A stretch of DNA of 64,000 bases from assembly GCA_047284725.1 (NCBI GenBank), contig JBJBEO010000001.1, positions 2,328,203 to 2,392,202 on the forward strand, in the 5' to 3' direction. Positions 36,131 through 45,674 of the stretch are shown here, piece by piece (the first letter of the stretch is position 1; every line of letters starts with the position of its first letter). Position numbers and translations under genes: made by a program. This DNA comes from Synechococcus sp. GTDB taxonomy: Bacteria; Cyanobacteriota; Cyanobacteriia; PCC-6307; Cyanobiaceae. The notes under the pieces were generated by a model. It saw nothing but the letters and a program-made list of their open reading frames with translations. It had not been told where the DNA came from and searched no databases.

Positions 36131-37288
36131 ATGACCCGGAGAAAGCTTCGCACGATTTTGTTCTTGGTTCTGACAACATTCATCGCCACAACGAGCCTGA
36201 CAGTCCCATCCAGCCTCGCCGAAAAAATACCTGGGCAAGCCAACAGAATAGGCAATCTATGGGAATTACATCAAAAGAACTCTCCATGCATCAGCCGCAG
36301 TGAGCTAGCGCCCTCTGCGTTACAGCCCCCTCGACCCACCAACAGCAAACTGCCGATTCCCGTTGGCATCAGCCTTCACGTCAACGAAATCCCGGAGATC
36401 TCCGATACGCGCAACCAATTCATCCTTGATGGCCTCCTGACGACAACCTGGTGTGACGCACGCGCAACGACCGAACAAACCAATGCCAACGACTACAAGG
36501 TGTTGTATGGGGGCGCAGCCGAAGACTGGCTGAACAATCACTGGTTTCCACAAGTAGAGTTTTCAAACAAAGTTGGCGAGTCTTTTTATCAGACACAATC
36601 CATCACATTGCACAGCAATGGAAGCATTGAATACGCAAGACGACTGCAAGAAAATCTGGGATCAGACTTCAGCCTGAACAAGTTCCCATTCGACAATCAA
36701 GCACTCTTGATTCAGCTTCAATCGTTCTCATGGCCAAGAACAGTCGTCAAGCTGATTTCACTGGGAGACGTTGTGAGCCTCGGCAAATCAACACGTCTAC
36801 CCGAATGGACCATCAGGGGACTCAACTATCAATTAAATGACCACGACGATCCCGAAAAAGGGAGCCTCGAGTACTCAAGGCTCGAAGCTCGCATCAACGT
36901 GTCACGCAAATACGGATATTATTTATATAAAATATTTATCCCCCTGGCCCTCCTGGGCTTTACAAGCATCTTTTTCCTGGCGATTCCGATTCACGAAATC
37001 GCCGATCGACTCGGCTTCATCTCAGGCCTTCTCTTTACAACCCTTGCTTATCAGCTTGTGATCACCAGCAACGTGCCTCGCGTGCCTTACTTCACACTTG
37101 GCGACACCTATACAATTGTCCTGTTTGGCTTCATGATCGCGGAGGTTTTGATCGCATACATCATCCACCGCAGCGTGAGCAAGTCAAAAGTGAAGGGAAT
37201 CCCCACCATCGAAAGAACCATGGAAATCATCTTGCCAGTAACATTTGGCATTTTCCAGATTGCATTTATTACCTATGCCCTGATTTAA
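36131..37288 (+). CDS. Prokaryotic pentameric ligand-gated ion channel (ELIC/GLIC-like)
   Basis: Signal peptide, W-x-D, WFPQVEFSN, Pro-loop FPFDNQ, LPEW, pre-M1 R...FIP, four TM helices, M2-M3 loop VPRVPYFT. Confidence 0.88.
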   Translation: MTRRKLRTILFLVLTTFIATTSLTVPSSLAEKIPGQANRIGNLWELHQKNSPCISRSELAPSALQPPRPTNSKLPIPVGISLHVNEIPEISDTRNQFILDGLLTTTWCDARATTEQTNANDYKVLYGGAAEDWLNNHWFPQVEFSNKVGESFYQTQSITLHSNGSIEYARRLQENLGSDFSLNKFPFDNQALLIQLQSFSWPRTVVKLISLGDVVSLGKSTRLPEWTIRGLNYQLNDHDDPEKGSLEYSRLEARINVSRKYGYYLYKIFIPLALLGFTSIFFLAIPIHEIADRLGFISGLLFTTLAYQLVITSNVPRVPYFTLGDTYTIVLFGFMIAEVLIAYIIHRSVSKSKVKGIPTIERTMEIILPVTFGIFQIAFITYALI

Positions 37289-37317
37289 GCCCTGCGGCGA
37301 CAACTGAATTTGAACGA

Positions 37318-38241
37318 TTAATAGTATTTTCTAAATCCCCTGCGCCTCAAGTAATCGATCCCCCTCGCCAGAAGCCCTATCTCATCGTCTCTTTCAGCAC
37401 CCGGGGGCACAACGGCACCATCGAGACATCGCTCGCTTTCAAGAAATCCACCCAATCGCGCCAGCGGCTGCACGATGAGATTTCTGAACAGCCAATAGGA
37501 TGCAACCGTTGCAACGATTAAAAGGAAGATCTGCAGCAACAGCAACATCGAGCTCTGCCAGGCAACAGCCAATGGATGGGCGGAAAGCTCAATGGCAACA
37601 ATTTGAGCACCAACAATATCGCCCATCTCCCAACCAAAGCCATTTTGATCGCCATAGCTTGCAACCTGGCTGCGCGGAGCTCTCTCAGGGACTGAGTGAC
37701 AAGCAAGACAGCTTTGCTTTGTAATCTTGATGGGCTGAGCAACATAAAAAATATTCTTTATGCCGCCCTTGTCCAAATAGCCTGCGCTACGCGTCGATTC
37801 AGGGTTTTTGATAAATCGACGAATCACTTGTGCCTCAGCCTCGGAAGCACGATCCACAGGATTCGTCGGATTCAAAGCCGCCTCTCGATAGGAATACCCC
37901 TTGTAATCGTCCTTCAAACGAAGGTACTCAAACACCTTAGTCGAAGAATAACTTGGCACAGCTTCAGGCAAGAAGACATCCGGCGATTCTGCATTGACCG
38001 GAGCAATTAATGGATTGATTTTTCGAGAGGTGTACTCCCTCACCGCGAGCATTGAATCCATCAAGTGCTCTGCCTGAAGCCGCGTATAAGCCAAGCCGAT
38101 CTGGTGCAGGCACGCCAGTGAAACAACAATTGCGACCACAAGAGCCGCAAAATTAACCGTAATTAAACGCGCCAGAAAACGCGTTTTCAGGGGAGAAACA
38201 ACGTCAAGATTCCCTGAACTTTCACCCTGATTCTTCGACAA
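37318..38241 (-). CDS. Membrane sensor with periplasmic DUF3365 (Tll0287-like) heme-c domain and HAMP (start uncertain)
   Basis: TM helix, VPSYS, YREAALNPTNP, CLACH heme-c motif, YGDQNGFGW, second TM helix, HAMP-like PLARL...DDEIGLLA. Confidence 0.85.
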   Translation of the reverse strand: MSKNQGESSGNLDVVSPLKTRFLARLITVNFAALVVAIVVSLACLHQIGLAYTRLQAEHLMDSMLAVREYTSRKINPLIAPVNAESPDVFLPEAVPSYSSTKVFEYLRLKDDYKGYSYREAALNPTNPVDRASEAEAQVIRRFIKNPESTRSAGYLDKGGIKNIFYVAQPIKITKQSCLACHSVPERAPRSQVASYGDQNGFGWEMGDIVGAQIVAIELSAHPLAVAWQSSMLLLLQIFLLIVATVASYWLFRNLIVQPLARLGGFLESERCLDGAVVPPGAERDDEIGLLARGIDYLRRRGFRKYY

Positions 38242-38354
38242 CGAAATAAAGCCTCTTTCAAAATGATGCCAACACCATCACCAAAAGCGGCAATATTTTC
38301 ACGAATGCCCACACAACCATGATTTGTTCAAGAATCACGGAAGGAATGAGGTGG

Positions 38355-39416
38355 TCACTCAACCATCGAAGCCTCGATCTGGCTCTGACAGAGAAAACGG
38401 TCAACATCGTCTGCCGTGGGCTGTGGATCAATGCCTCCCGCATCGGTGCACACCAATGCTCCACAGGCCGCAGCAAAGCGAACCACCTCTTCCACCACCG
38501 TGGCAGACAGCTCGAAAGGCTCTCCGCCGCTGGGGACCAGCGTTAGAAGCTGGTGCAACAAACCCGCCGTGAACGCATCGCCAGCCCCTGTCGTGTCCAC
38601 CACCCTTGGTGGTACCAACACGGGCATGGACCCCCCGTGGCCAGCAATGCACCACCGCACCGGATTGCCGCCATCGGTGACCACCACATCCGGGGCAGCA
38701 GGCAGGCTCCTGCTGATGACCTCAGGCGAGTCATTGTTGAACAACCAGATCGCTTCCTCCCGCGCCACCTTGATCAACGCTGCCCGGTCAAGGAGGGGAG
38801 CCATTGTGGCCAGCACCTCTGGGGTTGGGCCAGAGAGGGGATCCGAGCGGGGATCCCAGAAGGTGGGTCGCCAGTTGACATCAAGGGCGAGATGGAGGAC
38901 CGACTGATCCACCTGCTCCATGGCCCAGTGCAAGGCCTCAGCCGAGTCAGGGGTCGCCAAGGGAATCGTGCCCACCACCAACCAACGCGCCGACGCCACC
39001 AGACCCGGCCAGGCCAGAGACAACTGACGGCGATTCAGCCACTGATCAGCAAAGCCCTTCCCCCCATCGCCGGCAAACCCCTGAAACAGCCGCTCACCAG
39101 CGGCATCACGACGCACCAACACCACCCGACTGGGGCGTAGCCGGTCGAGCTGCAGTCCTTGCAGATCGACCCCACGATCAGCGAGGAGCTCCCTGAAACT
39201 ATCGCCGATGGAATCCTGGCCCAGGCGGCCGATGAAGGCCACTGGCGTACCCAGCCGCGCCAGGGCACAGGCAACATTCGCCGGGGCCCCACCAAGCCGA
39301 TCGTCGCAATCCCCCGGAGCAGCGGTTGCGGGATCACCACCGAGGGGGCCCAACCGATCCACCAGAGCCTCACCCAGGCAGAGCACCTGAGGAGCAGCGC
39401 CTGCACGCATGGCCAT
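38355..39416 (-). CDS. PfkB-family carbohydrate kinase (fructokinase-like)
   Basis: GEALVD, GGAPANVA, DVNWRP, VDTTGAGDAF. Confidence 0.93.
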   Translation of the reverse strand: MAMRAGAAPQVLCLGEALVDRLGPLGGDPATAAPGDCDDRLGGAPANVACALARLGTPVAFIGRLGQDSIGDSFRELLADRGVDLQGLQLDRLRPSRVVLVRRDAAGERLFQGFAGDGGKGFADQWLNRRQLSLAWPGLVASARWLVVGTIPLATPDSAEALHWAMEQVDQSVLHLALDVNWRPTFWDPRSDPLSGPTPEVLATMAPLLDRAALIKVAREEAIWLFNNDSPEVISRSLPAAPDVVVTDGGNPVRWCIAGHGGSMPVLVPPRVVDTTGAGDAFTAGLLHQLLTLVPSGGEPFELSATVVEEVVRFAAACGALVCTDAGGIDPQPTADDVDRFLCQSQIEASMVE

Positions 39417-39699
39417 CAGCCGGGATCAACTGTCTGCAGCGTGGCCGACGGCATCAGAACTGCCAACTGCGCAAACCACTCAAGCCATCAACTTCAAGAA
39501 AACCTCAGCCACCGCGACCGGGCGACCCTGAATCTCGCCAGCCAAATGCCAACCATCAACAGCCCATGTCTCGAACCTTGAGCTCAGCAGAAAAAACCAG
39601 GGGAAACGACAGACAAAGGTGCATCGTTGATCACTCTTTTCACCCCACACGCATTGGCACAACACCACAACGAGTCAGGCCCAATCAATCAACCAGAAG

Positions 39700-39942
39700 C
39701 TAAGAGCTGCCCGCAGCCTGTTCATCAAGCAGTTCCGCAAGACGCCTGGCGAGATCATCACGAACTTCCGGATCTCCCACCAGTCTCAATTCACCAGTCT
39801 CAGGCCACCAATTGAGCTTGAGATTGCTGACGCCATCTTCAAACACTGCCATTTCGAAAGGTCCATGATGCTGCCAATGGCAGGGAACACCAAGCCGCTC
39901 GACGAGCACCTGCAAGGCCATCAGGCTTCCCTTGAATTGCAT
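39700..39942 (-). CDS. Small hypothetical protein (start uncertain)
   Basis: C-terminal about 80 aa of ORF 39700..40044 are protein-like (LKLNWWPETGELRLVGD). Confidence 0.6.
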   Translation of the reverse strand: MQFKGSLMALQVLVERLGVPCHWQHHGPFEMAVFEDGVSNLKLNWWPETGELRLVGDPEVRDDLARRLAELLDEQAAGSS

Positions 39943-40066
39943 GCACATACAGCATGAGAAATCCATGCTAGTCAAAGCATGAGAGTGCGCCAGAAGGGCC
40001 AAAAGGCAACCAACACGCCTAATCACCGATCGTTCATCAATCACGCAGCTCTAAAGCTCCATCCCC

Positions 40067-41572
40067 ATGACAAGCAAGCCTCTGCTGACGAGCGAGCTCT
40101 CCTCGCTTTATGCGCTGTTTGACATCAATGGTGATGGGTCGATCACAGCGACTGAAGTCGAGCACGTGCTGACCGCGATGGCCCCCATCATTACGCGGGC
40201 GGAAGCAGACGCCCTCAGGCGACTGATCCGAGACCAACGCACCATCAATCGTGATGATTTTTTGGCTTGGGCACGACACCAACCCGAGCTGGGCACACAG
40301 CAAGTACTGAGAGACCTCTTTGATCTGCTCGATGCAGACCGCAATGGCTGGCTTTGCCGAGAGGAACTCTCCTGGATGCTGCGCATGCTCTTTCCAGACA
40401 GTTCTGCCAACGACGCACAGCGGCTCGCGGCACAACTTGACCGCGATGGAGATGGACAGATCAGTATCAACGAATTTCTCGATCTGCTGGACGAGTCGAT
40501 GGAGCTGGGCTGTTCCCTGGCTGATCTCAAACGTCTGAAAAAAAAAATTGATCCAGGTCCGAAGCGCCGCACAACTGAAAGGCGTGACACTGGTGGAGGT
40601 GGACTGCGACCTTGGAGCAGGCATCCCGGGTGCGAACTCAGGCATAGAACTTCTCAAAAACACCGTTCAACGGCACAGCGATCTGCTGCAACTGAGCGAG
40701 AGCCTGATCGAAGAGATTCGCACTGGAATTCGTGCTTCTACCAGTCGTGATGACCTCGGCACGACCATCAACACACCCCACGCTCGTCATATCGAAACCA
40801 TCACCAAGGTGATGCACGATGCAGCCGGCCTTGTTGCCACAACCCTTGAACAGGGCAGCTTCCCGCTGGTATTGGCTGGAGACCATTCCACGGCGGCTTC
40901 CACCATCGCAGGTATTCGGCGTGCTCATCCCCAGCAACGACTTGGTGTGATCTGGATCGATGCGCACGCCGACATTCATTCACCCTTCACCACACCCTCC
41001 GGAAACATGCACGGAATGCCGCTGGCGATTGCCTCGCGTCATGACAACCTGCCGGAAGCGATCAATGATCCCGACGCGACCACACGCTCGCTCTGGAACA
41101 ACCTCCAGCAACTGCATGGCTCCCAATCACCAGCCATCTCCTGCATGACCTGATTTATGTCGGCGTTCGAGACACAGAAAGTGCTGAAGACATCACGCTT
41201 GCCAAGCATGCGATTCCCGTGATCGGCACCGCAGACATTCGACGCGATGGGGCCACACATGTGGCCAAACTATGCCTGTCTTATCTCTCTGAGGTGGACC
41301 TGATCTACGTGAGCCTGGATGTGGATGCCCTGGACTCAACCATCTGCAAAGGAACGGGAACTCCTGTTCCTGAAGGGCTCTGGGCCCATGAAGCCATGCT
41401 GCTGATCAAAACCCTGCTGACAGACCCACGGGTGTGTTGCTGGGAAATCTGTGAGATCAATCCTCATCTGGATGTTCTCAACACCCTGGCGGAAGTTTCC
41501 TTGAGCCTCTATCGGGCAGGGATGGAAGTGCTAGCAGAACGCTTCACTCCCACCTCAGCAGAGATTGTCTGA
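40067..41572 (+). pseudogene. EF-hand (calmodulin-like)-arginase fusion, interrupted by two frameshifts
   Basis: EF loops DINGDGSITATE, DADRNGWLCREE, DRDGDGQISINE. Arginase motifs GDHS, DAHAD, SGNMHG, YVGVRD, SLDVD, GTGTP and EINP are spread over three frame segments. Shifts at the A10 run 40538-40547 and near 41140. Confidence 0.85.
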
Positions 41573-41722
41573 AGCGAGCCACATGCCATCCAGGGAGTAT
41601 GGAGGTTGGGCATTGAGCAACGTGCTTCGAGCGCTGTCTCCTGACCAATCCTGTGTCTGCGACACATTCAAAAAGACTGCTCGGGTGGCCGTGGATCAAC
41701 AGGCGCGTGTTGGCAACACCGC

Positions 41723-42910
41723 TCACTCAGCCAGGGAAGGAAGACCGAGGTGATCCATGAGGGCTGCAATCATCCGGCCATTGGCGGCAGGGAATGGATA
41801 ACCACGAAGATCCTGAGGGCGGACCCAACGCACGCACTGACTGGCCAGTGGCTGGGGGTCGCCAGAGAGCCATTGGCAGAGATGCACCACAAACCGAAGC
41901 TTTTTATGGCTGTAGGCATGCTCCATCGTGATCAGTGGCTTCCCGACCTCCACCTCGATCGCCAGCTCCTCCCGCAACTCGCGGCGAATGGTGGCTTCAA
42001 TCAGCTCGCCGGGTTCCTGCTTGCCTCCGGGAAATTCCCACATCCCCCCAAGAAGTCCTTCGTTTAATCGTTGATCAATCAGCACCTCGCCAGCCTGGTT
42101 GAGCACAACCCCCACACCAATCACCTGAAAGGGCAGATCGCGGGGAGTCTCTTTCAAGGGGTAGCGGTCAGGAGTGCCGCCAGCGTAGGCAGCACAGCGG
42201 CTCTGCCAGGGGCAACAGGAACAGTAGGGCGTGTGGGGTGTGCAGACGGTGGCACCGAGATCCATCAACGCCTGATTGAGATCCCTGGCGCGCGCTGGTT
42301 TCGCGTTCATCAACGCCTCACTCCAGCTCCAGAACAGGGCCTGATCACGCATCGGTGGGCGGGCATGGGCCATCAGGCGAGCCAGAACCCGTCGCACATT
42401 GCCATCGAGGATCGCCAGTGGGCTGTTGAAGGCCGACGAAAGAATGCCGCCCGCAGTGCTGCGGCCGATACCGGGCAACGCCAGCCATGTGTCCTCCTGC
42501 CGCGGCCACTGCTCTGGGGTGCATCGTGCAACCTGCTGCAGAAGCACACGGGATGAAGCATGCAACCGCCGCGCCCGGGAGTAGTAGCCGAGGCCCTGCC
42601 AGCACAACAGCACCGCCTGCTCCTCAGCACCAGCCAAGGTTTCCAGCGTCGGGAACCTCTCCATCCAGCGTCGCCAGTAAGGAAGCACCACCTGCAACTG
42701 GGTCTGCTGCAACATCACCTCGGCGATCCAGCACTCCAGGACATTGAGCTGCTCGTGTGGCGCCGGCCACCTGCCGTCCTTGGTGAACATCCAAGGCTTC
42801 AGCGCAGGATCCTTGCGGCCATGCACCTCCCACCAGGCCAACAGGGATTGACTGAGCTCAGGCGCTAGCGCGCTGACGTCGCGGTGTTCGGCGATGCTTC
42901 GTTGACCCAT
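41723..42910 (-). CDS. mutY: A/G-specific adenine glycosylase MutY with C-terminal MutT/Nudix domain
   Basis: EVMLQQT, WQGLGYYSRARRL, HhH LPGIGRSTA, DGNVRRVLAR, Fe-S Cys cluster, WEFPGGK. Confidence 0.93.
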   Translation of the reverse strand: MGQRSIAEHRDVSALAPELSQSLLAWWEVHGRKDPALKPWMFTKDGRWPAPHEQLNVLECWIAEVMLQQTQLQVVLPYWRRWMERFPTLETLAGAEEQAVLLCWQGLGYYSRARRLHASSRVLLQQVARCTPEQWPRQEDTWLALPGIGRSTAGGILSSAFNSPLAILDGNVRRVLARLMAHARPPMRDQALFWSWSEALMNAKPARARDLNQALMDLGATVCTPHTPYCSCCPWQSRCAAYAGGTPDRYPLKETPRDLPFQVIGVGVVLNQAGEVLIDQRLNEGLLGGMWEFPGGKQEPGELIEATIRRELREELAIEVEVGKPLITMEHAYSHKKLRFVVHLCQWLSGDPQPLASQCVRWVRPQDLRGYPFPAANGRMIAALMDHLGLPSLAE

Positions 42911-43190
42911 CAGGCAGCCACCCAGGCCTGATCACTGCCCAGACACTTTCCCGACAAGCCCAAGCATTGGCGACTCCAACGCATGGGATCCGGCACAGAG
43001 GGCAAGCACCGTTCCATCTCGAATTGATCTGCACAATCGCATCAGCCTGCCGCCATCGTGATCGATGGAGCAAAGCAGCCGTGCGAGGAATGATTGATCC
43101 CCTCAGGGCTGGGCTCACTGCAAGCACCCTCGTTGCTGAACCAGCCACGTCCCTGGATAGGCTCACCGCCCTTGAAACCAAGATCTTTCG

Positions 43191-44135
43191 ATGTCTGCAG
43201 ACAGCAAACAGCTACTCAAACGCTTGGCTGTGGACCTGGCAAAGCTGTGCAGGAATCCCGAGGATCTTGATCACACATTTGATCTTCTCAATGCCAGCTA
43301 TAGAACCGAAGTGGCCCAGGCTGCCCGTAATCGCCTCAAAGCCAATCCGGCCATCAGAGATCTCATTCAAGAAAAATACTGGGGCCATTGGCCCTCAATC
43401 CCAGAGCTTCAATCCATGCCTGTCGGCTCTCTAGGACATGTGTATGGGACGTTCATGGCATCACAAGGCCTCACCCAACTGCCTGATCCCGAACTGAATG
43501 CTTCGGTGTCATGTGACGACACCTACCTCCAACGCCGAATTCGCCAAACCCATGACATTTGGCACGTGATTGCCGGACTACCGATCACGATTGCAGGTGA
43601 AGCAGCAGCCAACGGACTGACCACCGAGCAACTGCGCTGGCCAGGAATCGCTCTGTTGATCAGCGCCGACCTGATCCATCGCGTCAGTGAACCGGAGATG
43701 GCCCAGAGCCAGAACGATCCCAACAGAGTGGATCTCGGCATCGCAGTCGCCTACGGCCTCAGCATCGGGGCCCAAGCGCCATCGCTCCTCGCCCAGCGTT
43801 GGGAAGAAGGATGGAATCGACCACTGAAAGAGTGGCGACAGGAACTGGGACTCAGCGACCTCATCGCGCACAGCCCTTTTCCACCGCTAACCGGTGACAG
43901 CACAGAACAACACACGGCATCAATTGTGGGCAGCTGGTGTTTAGAAAGCCTCTGCATTCGCCATCCAGAGACGGCTGAGAACATTCCCATCTGGGGAGAG
44001 AAGCCGCTTGGTCAACTCACGTATACGGCCGATGGACGCATGAGCGCAGTGCTCTGCAAAGCCGGACAAACCACGCGTCACGCCAGCGGTGGTGCCACCA
44101 ACAATGACGAGCAGGCATCGCTGTACCGGCACTGA
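43191..44135 (+). CDS. Coq4-family protein fused to a C-terminally truncated lipocalin-like domain
   Basis: GSLG, HDIWHVIAG...GE metal motif, RWEEGW, then IVGSWCL...GQLTYTADGRMSA. Confidence 0.78.
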   Translation: MSADSKQLLKRLAVDLAKLCRNPEDLDHTFDLLNASYRTEVAQAARNRLKANPAIRDLIQEKYWGHWPSIPELQSMPVGSLGHVYGTFMASQGLTQLPDPELNASVSCDDTYLQRRIRQTHDIWHVIAGLPITIAGEAAANGLTTEQLRWPGIALLISADLIHRVSEPEMAQSQNDPNRVDLGIAVAYGLSIGAQAPSLLAQRWEEGWNRPLKEWRQELGLSDLIAHSPFPPLTGDSTEQHTASIVGSWCLESLCIRHPETAENIPIWGEKPLGQLTYTADGRMSAVLCKAGQTTRHASGGATNNDEQASLYRH

Positions 44136-44947
44136 TAGTCACCCTTTTCAGATCCGGACTGATGGCGTCCCAGTTGATGTCTCGCACCGCCTGGAGGAGA
44201 GCAGCAGCCAGCTGATTGAGGTTGGCCTCTGCCTGTGTCTCGTGGTCCACCAGTTCCACCATGATCAGAAACTCTTCTCCGCCCCAGCGGCAGATCAGGT
44301 CACGAGCCCGTAACCGAGATTTCAACGTTGCCGCAATCTGGATCAGAACCTGATCGCCGATCAGATGGCCAAGCGTGTCGTTGATCGCTTTGAAAAAATC
44401 GATATTCAGCAGGATCAGACCACTGCATTGAGCACTGATCTGGCGCCGTTTCAGTCGCAAACCACGTCGGTTAAGCATTGCCGTCAGGGGATCGAGGATG
44501 ACGGCCTGTTGACCCAGCAACAGCGGCGTGAGTGAGAAAAAAACCAATCAGACCATGAATACTGGCTCGACTTTCACCCAGCAGAATCAAGCAGCCCAGC
44601 AGCAGCGGTAGATAAAGCAATCCACTCACCACATTGATGAATGCCGTTTCGGGGTCAGGGACAGCCCAGATCGCCAACCAGCGGAGACAAGCCAGCAAAC
44701 TCAGGATGTTGCAAATCAGGCGTGACCGACTCAGGTGTGCCGCCGGTGACCCACGACCGAACCTCCACAGCAGATAAGCAATTGAGGTGACAACCAGCAA
44801 GACGAGCTCCCAGAGTTCGCGCCGGTTGCCTCCTACGAAGCCGGAGATCACCATCAGGAGGTGAACTCCTGTCGCCATCAGGCAGAGCAACCCTGTGTAC
44901 TGGTCACCCAGGCATTCGATGGAGTCTTCGGAGATCTGCGGAATCAA
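44120..44947 (-). pseudogene. Membrane diguanylate cyclase (GGDEF) pseudogene
   Basis: Multi-TM ORF 44471..44947 shifts near the T7 run (44537-44543) into a GGDEF frame (DPLT..LNRR, FKAINDTLGH..GD, RWGGEEF, VTISAG). The 3' end of the domain is missing. Confidence 0.8.
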
Positions 44948-45107
44948 GGACCGCGTAAGGACCGGACAGCTCGAATCAGTGTGTTCAGCGAGTCACAGTC
45001 ATCCTTTAACGATGGATAGAAGCTGTGAACCCACGACTCCCCCAGAGCCCTCTCCAGCACAACAGCCACCAGGCCACTGCAGCTGACAAGCAAAAACGCC
45101 GAGCGCC

Positions 45108-45644
45108 ATGCCCTCAACAGAACGCACCAAACCCAGCCGACTGGAACGCAGCTTCGAACGATTGATCTGGCATTTCCGGCTTATCACACTGATCCCCGTG
45201 GTGATGAGCTTGCTGGGCAGCGTGAGCTGCTTCGTGATTGGTACGTATGCCGAATTGAGCGTGCTCAGGCAGGTGATCCAAGGCCAGTTCAGCCACACCA
45301 GCAGCACCCTGCTGATCGGCAAAGTGGTGGGCGGCATCGACTACTACCTGATCGGGATTGCACTGCTGATCTTCGGCTACGGCATCTACGAGTTGGTGAT
45401 CTCCGACATCGATCCCCGCCAACAGGATACCTCCGCCGTTCGACGCAATCTGCTGAGCATCGAGTCTCTCGACGGCCTCAAGCAAAAGCTCACCAAGGTA
45501 ATCGTGGTCGCCCTGATCGTGACCGCTTTCAAATTAATGGTGAGCTTTGAAGTCAGCACAGTCAGCGAATTGCTGATGTATTGCGCAGGCGTGTTGATGC
45601 TGGCCTTCAGCGCCTGGCTGATCGGCAAAATCGAGAAGCACTGA
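45108..45644 (+). CDS. YqhA (UPF0114) family membrane protein
   Basis: Four TM helices, IDYYLIG..LLIFGYGIYELVISDID, SLDGLKQKL. Confidence 0.88.
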   Translation: MPSTERTKPSRLERSFERLIWHFRLITLIPVVMSLLGSVSCFVIGTYAELSVLRQVIQGQFSHTSSTLLIGKVVGGIDYYLIGIALLIFGYGIYELVISDIDPRQQDTSAVRRNLLSIESLDGLKQKLTKVIVVALIVTAFKLMVSFEVSTVSELLMYCAGVLMLAFSAWLIGKIEKH

Positions 45645-45674
45645 CCTGGGCAAGCGGCAGGTGGACGCTCAGGC

